From positions 1,120,001 to 1,184,000 of the forward strand of contig CAWFOU010000007.1 of NCBI GenBank assembly GCA_963817525.1: 64,000 bases of DNA, read 5' to 3'. The notes below the pieces were generated by a model that had not been told where the DNA came from, did not search any database, and saw nothing but the letters and a program-made list of their open reading frames with translations. Source of the stretch: an uncultured archaeon (GTDB lineage: Archaea; Thermoproteota; Nitrososphaeria; Nitrososphaerales; Gagatemarchaeaceae). The translations under genes and the position numbers were made by a program. This document shows positions 1-10,002 of this stretch, piece after piece. Position 1 is the stretch's first letter. The number at the start of each line of letters is the position of its first letter.

Positions 1-192
1 ATCTCCTGCAGGACGCTCGTCATAAACGGCGAGCAGACCGCAGTGTGGCTGCGGCGCATCGGGGAGCTGCTCGACCGGCAGGTGCCGAAGTGCGAGGCGC
101 TCACGGTGACCGCCTCCAGGCACTTTCCTCACATGGAGAACGCTCCCGAGTTCAACGAGAGCGTGCTCAAGTTCATCTCGAAGCGGGACTGA
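1..192 (+). CDS. alpha/beta hydrolase, C-terminal fragment (5' truncated by window edge)
   Basis: Frame 1 reads ISCRTLVINGEQT...ASRHFPHMENAPEFNESVLKFISKRD*, a typical hydrolase C-terminus with catalytic His (HxxHxExPxxFN). Confidence 0.8.
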   Translation: MSCRTLVINGEQTAVWLRRIGELLDRQVPKCEALTVTASRHFPHMENAPEFNESVLKFISKRD

Positions 193-194
193 CC

Positions 195-1286
195 TCAGAG
201 GACCTTCCAGGCCCTCACGGCGTACCTCGTGAGGCGCCCACGGTCGAGCTCGACCCCTATCCCCTTCCCGCGGCTCGGCCTCACCCTACCGTGGTCCATC
301 TCGAACGGGTTCCTCACCAGGTCCTTCTCGAAGTACCTGTCGTTCGGCGAGGTGTCCCCGGGGTAGTCCACCAGCCTTTGCGACGCGAGCGCTACGTTGA
401 ACGCCCTCCCCACGCCCGTCTCCAGCATCCCTCCCACCCAGACGTGGGCCTTGCTCTCCCTCGCGAGCCGGACGATCTCCATGGCGACCGCGAGGCCGCC
501 CACCCTCCCGGGCTTGACGTTGATCACCGACGCCGCCCCTATTTCCAGGGCCTCCCTCGCCCCCTCGAGCGTCGTCACCGACTCGTCCAGGCAGATCGGG
601 GTGGAGATCTCCTTCGCCAGCCTCGAGTGGTCCGCGAGCGCATCTAATCCCAGCGGCTGCTCCAGGTACTCGAGCCCGAACCTGTCGATGCCCCTCAACA
701 GCTCCAGGTCCTTCGGGAGACTGAAGCACGCGTTCGCGTCGGCGCTGAGCGGGACGTCGGGGAACGCATCCCTCACCCCCCTAAGCGTCAGCAGCGCCCC
801 TTCCCTGTCTATCTTTACCTTGACCCGCCTGTAGCCCTTCGCCACGGCGGCCCCCACCCGGGCCACGACCTCCTCCCCGCGTCCCAGCCCGATGGCGATC
901 CCGGCGTCGGCGTATCCCCTCGACCCGCCCAAGGCCGCGTCCAACGGAAGGCCGTCTACCTTTGCCTGGTAGTCCCATAGGAGCATCTCCACCGCGGCCT
1001 TCGCCATCTGGTGGCCCTTCACCCTCCCGACGGAGGCGAGGAACTTCGCGGGCGTCGGAGGCCCCGCGCGCAGCAGCTCGGCCAGCACGTCCTGGATGAA
1101 CCGGAGCGCCGTTTCGTTGTCCTCTCCAGTGCACGAGGGGGACTCGTCCGTGACGCACTCCGACAGCGCCTCCGTCCCTTCGTGCGCCAGCCTGAGTATC
1201 AGGGCGTTCCTGGCGAGCATCGTCCCGCCGCTGTTGGAGAACGAGGAGAGCAGCGGCATCCTCACCAGGCTCACACGGAGGGTCAA
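195..1286 (-). CDS. menC: o-succinylbenzoate synthase (NSAR/OSBS-type enolase superfamily)
   Basis: KVK, DAN, EQP, DES, NVKPGRVGG, GGMLETGVGRA motifs; divergent from men operon; TTG at 1286 lies about 25 nt after TTAAAG box. Confidence 0.9.
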   Translation of the reverse strand: MTLRVSLVRMPLLSSFSNSGGTMLARNALILRLAHEGTEALSECVTDESPSCTGEDNETALRFIQDVLAELLRAGPPTPAKFLASVGRVKGHQMAKAAVEMLLWDYQAKVDGLPLDAALGGSRGYADAGIAIGLGRGEEVVARVGAAVAKGYRRVKVKIDREGALLTLRGVRDAFPDVPLSADANACFSLPKDLELLRGIDRFGLEYLEQPLGLDALADHSRLAKEISTPICLDESVTTLEGAREALEIGAASVINVKPGRVGGLAVAMEIVRLARESKAHVWVGGMLETGVGRAFNVALASQRLVDYPGDTSPNDRYFEKDLVRNPFEMDHGRVRPSRGKGIGVELDRGRLTRYAVRAWKVL

Positions 1287-1339
1287 CCCGGGTTCGGCAG
1301 CCTCGGTCCGCTTTAAGACTTGAGCCGCGCAACCCTTAA

Positions 1340-1357
1340 TACCACTGAGCAGTGGTA
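1340..1357. promoter_or_regulatory. perfect 8-bp inverted repeat in the menC/menF divergent promoter region
   Basis: TACCACTG-AG-CAGTGGTA overlapping TATA-like TTAATA (1336-1341). Confidence 0.5.
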
Positions 1358-1378
1358 ATTGCTGGAATAGGAGCGAGA

Positions 1379-2818
1379 ATGCCCTCCCGCCGTACCGCCT
1401 CGACCCTGTCTCTGGAGGAGCCGCGCCAGCGCTCGCCCCTGCAGGACTGGGTCGACCGGGCCCTGACCGAGGGCCTCTCGGATGCCCGGCGCATGAGCAA
1501 GGCGACGCTGCACGTCGCCAGCAGGAGGGTCGACTGGCCCCTGCCCCTGTGGGTCTTCGACTCGCCTGTCCAGGACGTGCACTTCTTCGGCGGACCCGAG
1601 CGAGCGGTCCTCGGCGTGGGGGTCGCCAAGGCCTTCGACCTGGGTCAGCCGGGCCGGGTGGGGCGGCGCGCGAGGACCGCACTGCTCGCACTGGGCTCGC
1701 TCTCGGCGTCTGACGCCTCCAGGGTCTCCCTGATCGGCGGCTGGGGGTTCCCTTCGGCCCACGGACGGAGGAAGCGCGGGCCCTGGATCGACTTTCCGCC
1801 TTCACGTTGGGTGGTCCCGGCGTTCACGCTCACCTCGAGTGGAAGGGAGACGAACCTCACGATGGTCGCCGACGTGGCGCCCGACTCAAAGGCCGCTCCC
1901 ATGCGCGCCGAGTATCGGGCCCTTGCGAAGGGGCTGCAGCCCCGCGCGGCGAAAACTAGGACAGAGTCCCTTCCCTCGCTCAAGAGCTCGAAGAGCACGC
2001 CCACTCGCGCGAGCTGGGTCTCGGCCGCCCGGCAGGCCATCGACTCCATCTCTAGGGACGAGCTCAAGAAGGTGGTCCTAGCCCGGGCGGTCGCGCTCAC
2101 CTTCAGAGCAAATGTCCCGTCGTCGGTGGTGCTCAAGAGGCTGATAGCGTTCAACCCCGACTCCACCGTCTTCGCGGTCAAGAGGAGGGAGTCGGTGTTC
2201 CTGGGAGCCACCCCGGAGAGCATCCTCTCGTACAGGGGAGGGGAGGTGGGGGTCGACTGCCTTGCCGCGTCCTCCCCGCGGTCGGCGGACAGGGAGACAG
2301 ACTACATGCTCGGGACGCGCCTGCTCCGCGACCCAAAGTCCACCAGGGAGCACAAGTTCGTCGTCCGAGCGGCGGTGAGCGCCCTCTCGACGATAAGCTC
2401 GAGGATGGAGGTCCCGGGGGCGCCAGTGATAAAGAAGCTCACCACGATACAACACCTCTACACGCCGGTGAAGGCGACGCTGCTCGAGGGGGAGGACGTG
2501 TGGGCGGCCACGACGGCGCTCTGGCCGAGCCCGGCGATAGGCGGCGAGCCGACGGACACGGCGGTCCGCTGGATCCAAAAGTTCGAGAGGCTCGACAGAG
2601 GATGGTACTCGGGGGTGGTCGGGCTCATGGACGCCCGACAGAGGGACGCGGACATGGTCGTCGGGATCAGGTCCGGCGTCATCACCGGACGGCGCGCCGT
2701 CATCTACGCCGGGGCCGGCCTCGTCGCGGGTTCAGTCCCGAAGGACGAGTTCGAGGAGACGGGTTGGAAGCTCCGGGTAATGCGCCGGGCGCTCGGCGTC
2801 GAAGCGGACGGAAGGTGA
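1379..2818 (+). CDS. menF: isochorismate synthase
   Basis: KVVLAR, FLGATPE, EHKFVV, QHLYTP, RGWYSG, YAGAGLVAGS chorismate-binding motifs; first gene of men operon; start uncertain (1352-1409). Confidence 0.9.
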   Translation: MPSRRTASTLSLEEPRQRSPLQDWVDRALTEGLSDARRMSKATLHVASRRVDWPLPLWVFDSPVQDVHFFGGPERAVLGVGVAKAFDLGQPGRVGRRARTALLALGSLSASDASRVSLIGGWGFPSAHGRRKRGPWIDFPPSRWVVPAFTLTSSGRETNLTMVADVAPDSKAAPMRAEYRALAKGLQPRAAKTRTESLPSLKSSKSTPTRASWVSAARQAIDSISRDELKKVVLARAVALTFRANVPSSVVLKRLIAFNPDSTVFAVKRRESVFLGATPESILSYRGGEVGVDCLAASSPRSADRETDYMLGTRLLRDPKSTREHKFVVRAAVSALSTISSRMEVPGAPVIKKLTTIQHLYTPVKATLLEGEDVWAATTALWPSPAIGGEPTDTAVRWIQKFERLDRGWYSGVVGLMDARQRDADMVVGIRSGVITGRRAVIYAGAGLVAGSVPKDEFEETGWKLRVMRRALGVEADGR

Positions 2819-4572
2819 CGCAGTCGGAAGACTTCGAGGCCTACGCCCAGTCGTTCGTCGACGGCCTGGTCGACGGCGGGGTGAAGGACGTGGTCGTCTG
2901 TCCGGGCTCCAGGTCGACGCCCCTAGCCCTCTCGTTCGCGAGGAGGGCAGACAAGATGAGGATGTGGGTGCTCTACGATGAGAGGTCGGCCGCGTACTTT
3001 GCCCTCGGACTGGCGAAGAGCTCGTCGAACCCCGTGGCGCTCGTCTGCACCTCCGGGACTGCCGCGGCCAACCTCCTCCCCGCGGTGGCCGAGGGGAAGC
3101 TGGGCCGCGTCCCCATCATCGCGGTGACGGCCGACAGGCCCCCCGAGTCCCGAGACTTTGGCGGGGCCCAGACGATAGACCAGGTGAGGCTCTTCGGCTC
3201 CCACGTAAAATGGTCTCAGGACATGCCGGTGGCGTCGGGCTCGGACTCGCTCATCCGGTACTCCCGACTGGTGGGCGCGCGCGCCTCGCACGAGGCCTCG
3301 TCGACCCCCCGGGGGCCTGTCCAGGTCAACTTCCCGTTCCGCGAGCCGCTGGTCTCGAACCCGCCGTGGGTCGAGACGTCCGGGGCGCCGAGCGGCCGGG
3401 CTGTCACGGTCATAAGGAGCAAGGCGTACGCAGACGAGGCCGAGATCCGCCGAGTCGGGGCGGGGCTGGCCGTCCACAAGAGGGGTGTGATAGTCGCGGG
3501 GCCGGGGGACTACCCGCCTGACCTGCGCCTCGAGCTGTCGAGGCTATCCGAAAGGCTGGGGTGGCCCATACTCGCCGACGCGCTCTCCAACCTCAGGCGG
3601 GACGGGGCGCTGAGGTCGGGGTTGGTGAGGTGCTACGAGCTGTTGGTGCGAAGCGACGGGTTCAAGTCGAACAGGCCGGACTGCGTCGTTCGCTTGGGAG
3701 CCGTCCCGACCTCAAAGGAACTGAACTCCTTCTGCCGGGGGGCGCGGACCATCCTCCTGGACGATGGGAACGGATGGAGGGACCCTGAGTTCGAGGCCAC
3801 GACCATGATATTCGGCGAGCTCGGACGCTCCGTTTTCTGCCTTAACGACACGCTGACGGGGGCGCTTTCGCCCGACCCGAACTGGATGGGGCTCTGGCTC
3901 CGGGCGGACGCGGAGGCCGAGGCAAAGGTCGCGTCCCTGATGGACGGGATGGGCGAGCCCTTCGAGGGGAAGCTCTTCCACGTCCTCTCAAAGGGCCTGG
4001 CGCCTGCGGCCCCCTTGACGGTCGTCGTCGGCAGCAGCATGCCCGTGCGCGACCTCGATTACTTCTTCCTCCGCGGAAACAAGAACGTCCGGCTGGTCGC
4101 AAACCGCGGCGCGAACGGGATAGACGGGGTCGTTTCCACCGCGATGGGGATATCCGCATCCGAGGGCGACGTGCTCCTGGTGCTCGGGGACGTCTCCTTC
4201 TACCACGACATGAACGGGCTTCTCGCCTCCAGGCTCTACAAGCTCAACGCGACGATAGTGGTGGTCAACAACAGGGGCGGAGGGATCTTCTCCTTCCTCT
4301 CGCAGCGCTCGCTCCCCAATGACCTGTTCGAGCAGCTCTTCGGAGAGGCGCACGACATCGACTTCTCTGGGGTGAGGGCCCTCTACGGGGGTGAGTTCAC
4401 CAGGGTCTCGGACTGGGGCTCGCTCGCCGGCGCCTTGGCGTCATCGACCAAGGTGAAGGGGCTGAGGGTGATCGAGCTGATGGCCCCGGACAGGGACCGC
4501 AACGTGGAGCTGCACAAGGATGCCTTCAAGGCGGCCTCGTGGACCGCGGGGGCGCAGGGGGAGGCTCGCTGA
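2815..4572 (+). CDS. menD: SEPHCHC synthase (TPP-dependent)
   Basis: CPGSRSTPL, DERSAAYFALG, CTSGTAAAN, TADRP, NRGANGIDG, GDVSFYHDMNGL, NNRGGGIF; GTG overlaps menF stop. Confidence 0.97.
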   Translation: MTQSEDFEAYAQSFVDGLVDGGVKDVVVCPGSRSTPLALSFARRADKMRMWVLYDERSAAYFALGLAKSSSNPVALVCTSGTAAANLLPAVAEGKLGRVPIIAVTADRPPESRDFGGAQTIDQVRLFGSHVKWSQDMPVASGSDSLIRYSRLVGARASHEASSTPRGPVQVNFPFREPLVSNPPWVETSGAPSGRAVTVIRSKAYADEAEIRRVGAGLAVHKRGVIVAGPGDYPPDLRLELSRLSERLGWPILADALSNLRRDGALRSGLVRCYELLVRSDGFKSNRPDCVVRLGAVPTSKELNSFCRGARTILLDDGNGWRDPEFEATTMIFGELGRSVFCLNDTLTGALSPDPNWMGLWLRADAEAEAKVASLMDGMGEPFEGKLFHVLSKGLAPAAPLTVVVGSSMPVRDLDYFFLRGNKNVRLVANRGANGIDGVVSTAMGISASEGDVLLVLGDVSFYHDMNGLLASRLYKLNATIVVVNNRGGGIFSFLSQRSLPNDLFEQLFGEAHDIDFSGVRALYGGEFTRVSDWGSLAGALASSTKVKGLRVIELMAPDRDRNVELHKDAFKAASWTAGAQGEAR

Positions 4573-4573
4573 G

Positions 4574-5437
4574 ATGCCGGAGCTCAAGGGGAGGGGCGGC
4601 AGGCCCAGCATCTGGTACGAGACCAGGGGCGAGAGGTCTAACCCCCCGCTGGTCCTCCTCCACGGGTTCACCGGGACGCACCGCACTTGGGACGAGCTGA
4701 GCGAGGCGCTCGCAGAGGAGCACTTCCTCATCGTCCCCGACCTCCCAGGCCACGGCAAGTCCGGCGTCTCAAACTCAAAGGAGGGGATGGGGGTGAGGGC
4801 CACAGCCGAGGCCGTGGCCGAGCTGCTGCGTACCGAGGCCGGGGGAAGGAAGGCAGCGGTCCTAGGCTACTCTCTCGGCGGCCGGGTCGCCCTCGACCTC
4901 GCGTGCGCGCGCGAGGACCTCCTGAGCCGCCTCGTCGTCGAGGGGGCCTCTCCCGGGCTCGAGCGCGCCGACGAGAGGGAGGACAGGAGGGCCCGGGATG
5001 ACGCCCTCGCGGGCGATATCGAGGCTCGCGGAGTCGGGTGGTTCGTCGACCACTGGCAGGACACCCCGCTCTTCGCCACACAGAAGGACCTCCCGCGGGA
5101 GCTCTTCCAGCGGGTCAGGCGGGACCGCCTCTCGAACTCCGCGAGGGGCCTGGCGATGAGCCTGCGCGCGGCGGGCACGGGCCGGATGGCCCCGCTCTGG
5201 GGCGAGATCGAGAGGCTCGGCATCCCGGTCCTCATAGTGGTCGGGAAGAGGGACCAGAAGTACGCGGCGACCGGAGAGGCCATGCGGGCAAGGATCCCCG
5301 AGAGCACGCTTGCGGCGGTCGAGGGGGCAGGGCACTGCGTCCACGTGGAGAAGCCGGTGGAGTTCGCGGAGCTGGTCGAGCGATTCCTAGACGGACGCCA
5401 CGTGGTGGCGAGGGCCGCGAAGGGGAGATCACGATGA
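4574..5437 (+). CDS. menH: SHCHC synthase (alpha/beta hydrolase)
   Basis: LHGFTG, DLPGHG, GYSLGGR, PLFATQ, GHCVHVE; position between menD and menB. Confidence 0.93.
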   Translation: MPELKGRGGRPSIWYETRGERSNPPLVLLHGFTGTHRTWDELSEALAEEHFLIVPDLPGHGKSGVSNSKEGMGVRATAEAVAELLRTEAGGRKAAVLGYSLGGRVALDLACAREDLLSRLVVEGASPGLERADEREDRRARDDALAGDIEARGVGWFVDHWQDTPLFATQKDLPRELFQRVRRDRLSNSARGLAMSLRAAGTGRMAPLWGEIERLGIPVLIVVGKRDQKYAATGEAMRARIPESTLAAVEGAGHCVHVEKPVEFAELVERFLDGRHVVARAAKGRSR

Positions 5438-6279
5438 AGAAAGCTAGCGACGGGAAGAAGAACACGGCCGGATGGGAGACCGTCAAGGAGTACGAGGACA
5501 TACTCTTCCAGCGCAAGGGAGGGATGGCAAAGCTCACAATCAACCGGCCGCACGTGAGGAACGCGTTCAGGCCAGAGACCCTCTTCGAGCTCTCCGAGGC
5601 CTTCGCCATAGTGAGGAACGACCCCACCCTCGGCGTGGCCATCTTCACAGGGGCGGGGGACAAGGCCTTCTGCTCTGGGGGGGACCAGAAGGTGAGGGGC
5701 CACGCCGGGTACGTGGACAAGCAAGGGGTGCCCAGGCTCAACGTCCTCGACCTCCAGAAGCAGATCCGCAGCCTCCCGAAGCCCGTTATCGCGATGGTGG
5801 CCGGGTACGCCATAGGCGGGGGCCACGTCCTCCACCTGGTATGCGACCTCACCATCGCGGCAGACAACGCGGTCTTCGGCCAGACAGGCCCCAAGGTCGG
5901 GAGCTTCGACGCGGGCTTCGGGGCGGGCCTGATGGCGCGCCTAGTGGGGACGAAGAAGGCCAAGGAGATCTGGTTCCTCTGCAGGCGATACGACGCCCAG
6001 GAGGCGCTCAGCATGGGCCTCGTCAACACGGTAGTCCCCCTGGCGCGCCTCGAGGAGGAGACGGAGAGGTGGGCCGAGGAGATACTGCAGATGAGCCCCA
6101 CCGCGATCAGACTGATGAAGGCGGCCTTCAATGCCGACACGGACGGCCTCGCCGGCCTCCAGGAGCTCGCGGGTGACGCCACCATGCTCTACTACATGAC
6201 GGAGGAGGCCAAGGAGGGGAGGGACGCGTTCCTCGAGAAGAGGAAGCCGAACTTCAAAAAGTACCCGTGGCTGCCTTGA
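5434..6279 (+). CDS. menB: 1,4-dihydroxy-2-naphthoyl-CoA synthase
   Basis: [48 protein letters not shown]. Confidence 0.98.
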   Translation: MKKASDGKKNTAGWETVKEYEDILFQRKGGMAKLTINRPHVRNAFRPETLFELSEAFAIVRNDPTLGVAIFTGAGDKAFCSGGDQKVRGHAGYVDKQGVPRLNVLDLQKQIRSLPKPVIAMVAGYAIGGGHVLHLVCDLTIAADNAVFGQTGPKVGSFDAGFGAGLMARLVGTKKAKEIWFLCRRYDAQEALSMGLVNTVVPLARLEEETERWAEEILQMSPTAIRLMKAAFNADTDGLAGLQELAGDATMLYYMTEEAKEGRDAFLEKRKPNFKKYPWLP

Positions 6280-7814
6280 GCCCTGCCACCGGGAGCCGGG
6301 GGCGCAGAGTCCCCGACTGGCTGCTTTGGCGCTCGACGGCTTCCCCGCGCGCCCTCGCGGTAAAGGCGGGCCCGCTGGAATGGTCGTTCCTGGAACTCCA
6401 GGAGAAGGTGTCATCCCTCTCGGCCGTCCTCCTTTCGCAGGGGGTCTCGAGGGGTGACAGGGTCGCGGTCCTCATGTCGCCCTCCGAGGGCTACGTCGCG
6501 CTCGCGCACGCCCTCGCCCGGATAGGGGCCATTGGGGTCCCGCTAAACCACAGGCAGTCCGCGCCCGAGCTTAGCGCACAACTTCGCGACTCGGGCCCCT
6601 CACTCGTCGTCCACGATGAGGCGCTCGGTCCGGGAAAGCGGCCGGATGGGGGAGCGTCGAAGCTCCGCTGGGCGAACGTCAATGACCTGATGGCCGAGTC
6701 GTCCGTGGGTGGACGGGAGCCCGTCGCCGGCGACACCCTCGACCTCGCGTCCGCGCACGCCGTCGTCTACACCTCAGGCTCGAGCGGAGACCCCAAGGGA
6801 GTCGAGCTTACCCTCTCGAACCTCATGTGGAACGCGGTCTCGGTCGGCTTCAGGACGGGCGCCTCCCAGGAGGACAGGTGGCTCCTCTGCATGCCCCTCT
6901 TCCACGTCGGGGGATACACGATCATCTTCCGCAGCGTCCTGCACGGCAGCGGGATCGTCGTCCATGACAGGTTCGACGCCGGACGCGTCTCGCGCTCGCT
7001 CGACGACGACGCGATCACCATGGCGTCCTTCGTGCCGACGATGCTCAGCGAGGTCATCGAGGCCCGCGGCGGGAAGCCCTTGGGCCCGCACTTGAGGATG
7101 GTCTTCCTCGGGGGAGGCCCTCCGCCGGCCCAGCTGCTGGCGGTCATCAGGAAGCGCAGGCTCCCTGTCCTACTCACCTACGGAATGACCGAGACCTGCT
7201 CCCAGGTCGCACTCTCTGACCCGCTCGAGTCCTCCGGACGACCGGTGTACCGTCAGGCCTTCCCAAGCGAGGTCGCGGTCGTAAAGCCCGGGACCGGACG
7301 CGGGCTATCCTTCGCGGGGCCGGGAGAGGCCGGAGAGGTGGCCGTGCACGGGCCTACGCTCTTCAGGGGATACTGGAGGATGTCCTCCGCCACCAGGGCC
7401 AGGTTCAGGGGGAAGTGGTTCCTCACTGGAGACCTGGGCGTCCTCCAGGAAGGCCCATCGGGAGGCATCGCGATGCTTGGGAGGAAGGAGGAGACGATAG
7501 TCAGCGGCGGCGAGAAGATCTACCCGGCGGAGGTGGAGTCCGCGCTCCGCGAGCATCCAGCCGTCATGGACGCGGTGGTGGTGGGCGTCGAGGACGAGAA
7601 GTGGGGGCAGATGGTGGTGGCGGTCGTGGAGACAAGGCCGGGGGTCGGAAGGCCGTCGGAGGCGGAGCTGAGCGCGTTCCTTAGGGAGAGGGTCGGGGGC
7701 TACAAGGTCCCCAAGCGATATCGGTTCTGGCCCGCCCTCCCGCGGACGCCTACCGGGAAGACCCGGAGGGAGGAGGTCAGAGCGCGCCTCGCGCGGGGAG
7801 AGGGTCCGAGCTGA
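6276..7814 (+). CDS. menE: o-succinylbenzoate-CoA ligase
   Basis: [42 protein letters not shown]; follows menB with 4-nt overlap. Confidence 0.93.
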   Translation: MSPATGSRGRRVPDWLLWRSTASPRALAVKAGPLEWSFLELQEKVSSLSAVLLSQGVSRGDRVAVLMSPSEGYVALAHALARIGAIGVPLNHRQSAPELSAQLRDSGPSLVVHDEALGPGKRPDGGASKLRWANVNDLMAESSVGGREPVAGDTLDLASAHAVVYTSGSSGDPKGVELTLSNLMWNAVSVGFRTGASQEDRWLLCMPLFHVGGYTIIFRSVLHGSGIVVHDRFDAGRVSRSLDDDAITMASFVPTMLSEVIEARGGKPLGPHLRMVFLGGGPPPAQLLAVIRKRRLPVLLTYGMTETCSQVALSDPLESSGRPVYRQAFPSEVAVVKPGTGRGLSFAGPGEAGEVAVHGPTLFRGYWRMSSATRARFRGKWFLTGDLGVLQEGPSGGIAMLGRKEETIVSGGEKIYPAEVESALREHPAVMDAVVVGVEDEKWGQMVVAVVETRPGVGRPSEAELSAFLRERVGGYKVPKRYRFWPALPRTPTGKTRREEVRARLARGEGPS

Positions 7815-8683
7815 AGCCCAGCCAGTTCGTCAGGCTCATCCGCATACCGACCCTCGCCGCGACGGCCGTCCCCATGATGGTCGGCGGCGCGCTCGCGCTC
7901 GAGGCCGGGCGCTTCAACGTCCTCGACTGGCTGGACATCCTCCTCGTCGCTTTGCTTATGCAGATGGCCACGAACGCGCTCAACGAGTACGGGGATTATA
8001 GGCACGCGGTCGACACCGTCCCCTCGGTGGGCTTCGCGGGGATCATCGTCCGCGGGGAGGTGGGGGCGAACGAGGTGCTCTACACCGCCGTGGCTTGCTA
8101 CACCCTTGCCTTCGTCCTCGGGATTCTGCTCGTCCTCGAGAGGGGGCTGGGGCTCCTCGTCCTCGGGGTGCTCGCCATCCTGGCAGGAGTCGCGTATTCG
8201 GAAGGCCCGCGCCCCGTCTCCTCCACCCCGTTCGGGGAGGTCCTCGTCGGGATCATCATGGGCCCCATCGAGGTGGTCTCGGCCTGCCTGGCCGCCTCGG
8301 GGAAGGTCACGACGCTAGCGCTCGCCTACTCCGTCCCGGTCGGGCTGATGGTCACGTCAATCCTGCTGGCCAACAACCTCAGAGACGTGGACAAGGACAG
8401 GGAGCACGGCCGTCGGACGATAGCCGTCCTCGTAGGCAGGGCGCGCGGGACCGGGCTGCTCCTGGGCCTCATCACGGCGACCTTCGTCTGGTCAATCGTG
8501 GCGCTCGTTTTCCTCTCCGCGCCGGTCGCAGTCCTCCTGCTGTGGCTCGCGCTCCCGGTTGCGGGCAAGGGGTGCTCGGACCTCCTGAAGGGGAAAGCTT
8601 GGGACAAGTCCGTCACCATCATAGCCAGGATACACGTCCTGGTCGGCCTGCTGCTGGCGGTCTCGCTCCTGCTGAGCCTGTGA
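7811..8683 (+). CDS. menA: 1,4-dihydroxy-2-naphthoate polyprenyltransferase (UbiA family)
   Basis: NEYGD..D and NNLRDVDKD motifs, multiple TM helices; conserved N-terminal R.PTL.A..VP lies upstream of first ATG (7874), so CTG at 7811 overlapping the menE stop is proposed as start. Confidence 0.9.
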   Translation: MKPSQFVRLIRIPTLAATAVPMMVGGALALEAGRFNVLDWLDILLVALLMQMATNALNEYGDYRHAVDTVPSVGFAGIIVRGEVGANEVLYTAVACYTLAFVLGILLVLERGLGLLVLGVLAILAGVAYSEGPRPVSSTPFGEVLVGIIMGPIEVVSACLAASGKVTTLALAYSVPVGLMVTSILLANNLRDVDKDREHGRRTIAVLVGRARGTGLLLGLITATFVWSIVALVFLSAPVAVLLLWLALPVAGKGCSDLLKGKAWDKSVTIIARIHVLVGLLLAVSLLLSL

Positions 8684-8724
8684 GAGGGCTCGCTCGCGCT
8701 CGCGTATGAAAATCGGTTATGGCC

Positions 8725-9150
8725 CTACATCGCGTCGAGAGCTTTGGCGTCCTCGTCGGCGACCTTCAAGAACGAGTCTTTGGCCCGTCCCTTGATGAAG
8801 AAGCCGATGGCGCCGAACTCCATCTCCGCCCAGTAGTGCACCTCCGTCCCCGTAGGGATCTGCTTCAGCTCGATAGTTATCTTGCTTCCCTTGCCGTCGC
8901 CTTCCAGCGTGTCGACCACGAACTTGTTGTTCGCAGCGTCCCACGTCATCGTGTTGACGGCTTTCAGCTTCCTGCCCATCATCTCCATCTGCTGCTCAAG
9001 CTTGACCGTGTTGCCGTCCCGGCTGATCACCTTGACGTCCTTCACAAAGTCAGGATGGACCTTCGGGAGGTTCTCCGGGTGCGAATAGTAGTCTATGGCC
9101 TTGCTGAGCGGGGCCTTCGTCTGCTTGACGACGTCGTACTTCGTAGCCAT
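8725..9150 (-). CDS. SRPBCC/START-domain (polyketide cyclase/Coq10-like) protein
   Basis: 141 aa, APLSKAIDYYSHPENLPKVHP pattern and C-terminal helix typical of SRPBCC fold. Confidence 0.75.
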   Translation of the reverse strand: MATKYDVVKQTKAPLSKAIDYYSHPENLPKVHPDFVKDVKVISRDGNTVKLEQQMEMMGRKLKAVNTMTWDAANNKFVVDTLEGDGKGSKITIELKQIPTGTEVHYWAEMEFGAIGFFIKGRAKDSFLKVADEDAKALDAM

Positions 9151-9326
9151 GGATTCGGTTCGCCTTTGCGCGATATATAACGAGTCGGCCGATTCCACGC
9201 TTGCTGGCCCTGCATCAGGCCCGCCGGCGGCTCCCTCTCCGCCGTCCATGCTCGACGCGCCTGCTCGTTCGCGCTCTGTCAACAGGCTTATATTGGGTTT
9301 CCAATACTGGACGTGCGATAGTCTCG

Positions 9327-9689
9327 ATGGCAGTCCAAGTGTCGCCAGGGAGCTTCGTGACCGTTGCCAAGGAGGGGGCGGTCTCCGAGGGGTCGATGTA
9401 CGGCGTGGCGGTCGCGGGCAACGCGATCGTGCTGTCGAAGATCGGAGGCCGGATCTACGCCATGGACGCCGTGTGCTCGCACTACCACGGGTACCTCCCG
9501 AAGGGCGAGCTCGTCGCCGGCAGCAACACCACCATCTGTCCTGTGCACAAGGCCCAGTTCGACGTCACCACGGGAAAGGTCCTGAAGAACGTCCCCGGGC
9601 TGCTGAAGCTCGCGACGCACAAGGAGGCGACGGACCTGCGCACCTACGAAGTCCAGGTCATCGACGGCGATGTGCAGGTAAGGGTGTAG
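9327..9689 (+). CDS. Rieske [2Fe-2S] ferredoxin
   Basis: CSH and CPVH ligands, FDVTTG, LRTYEV. Confidence 0.92.
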   Translation: MAVQVSPGSFVTVAKEGAVSEGSMYGVAVAGNAIVLSKIGGRIYAMDAVCSHYHGYLPKGELVAGSNTTICPVHKAQFDVTTGKVLKNVPGLLKLATHKEATDLRTYEVQVIDGDVQVRV

Positions 9690-9699
9690 GTGGCAGATA

Positions 9700-9915
9700 A
9701 TGGCAGCTCGTCGATGGGCCTTTCTTATCGCGGGGTTGATTCTCGCGTTCTTCGGAGTCGTCTTCGCGCTCCAGGGCGCCAACGTGATCAAGGGTAGCTC
9801 GGTCATGAGCGGAAACTCTACCTATATCTACGTCGGCGGCGCGCTGGCCGTGATTGGGCTCGTCCTGATGGCAACTGGGGCGATGTCCAAGCCCAAGGCC
9901 TCCGGCAATGTCTGA
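9700..9915 (+). CDS. small two-TM membrane protein
   Basis: Two hydrophobic helices flanking LQGANVIKGSSVMSG; directly after Rieske gene. Confidence 0.7.
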   Translation: MAARRWAFLIAGLILAFFGVVFALQGANVIKGSSVMSGNSTYIYVGGALAVIGLVLMATGAMSKPKASGNV

Positions 9916-10002
9916 AATGGGGTATCGTTTGACTTGCTCTAGCAGTTCTTGATCTGGACTGGAATCAAGAGCTTCGTGAACGAGCCGGCAGTTGGTTGAG
10001 CT

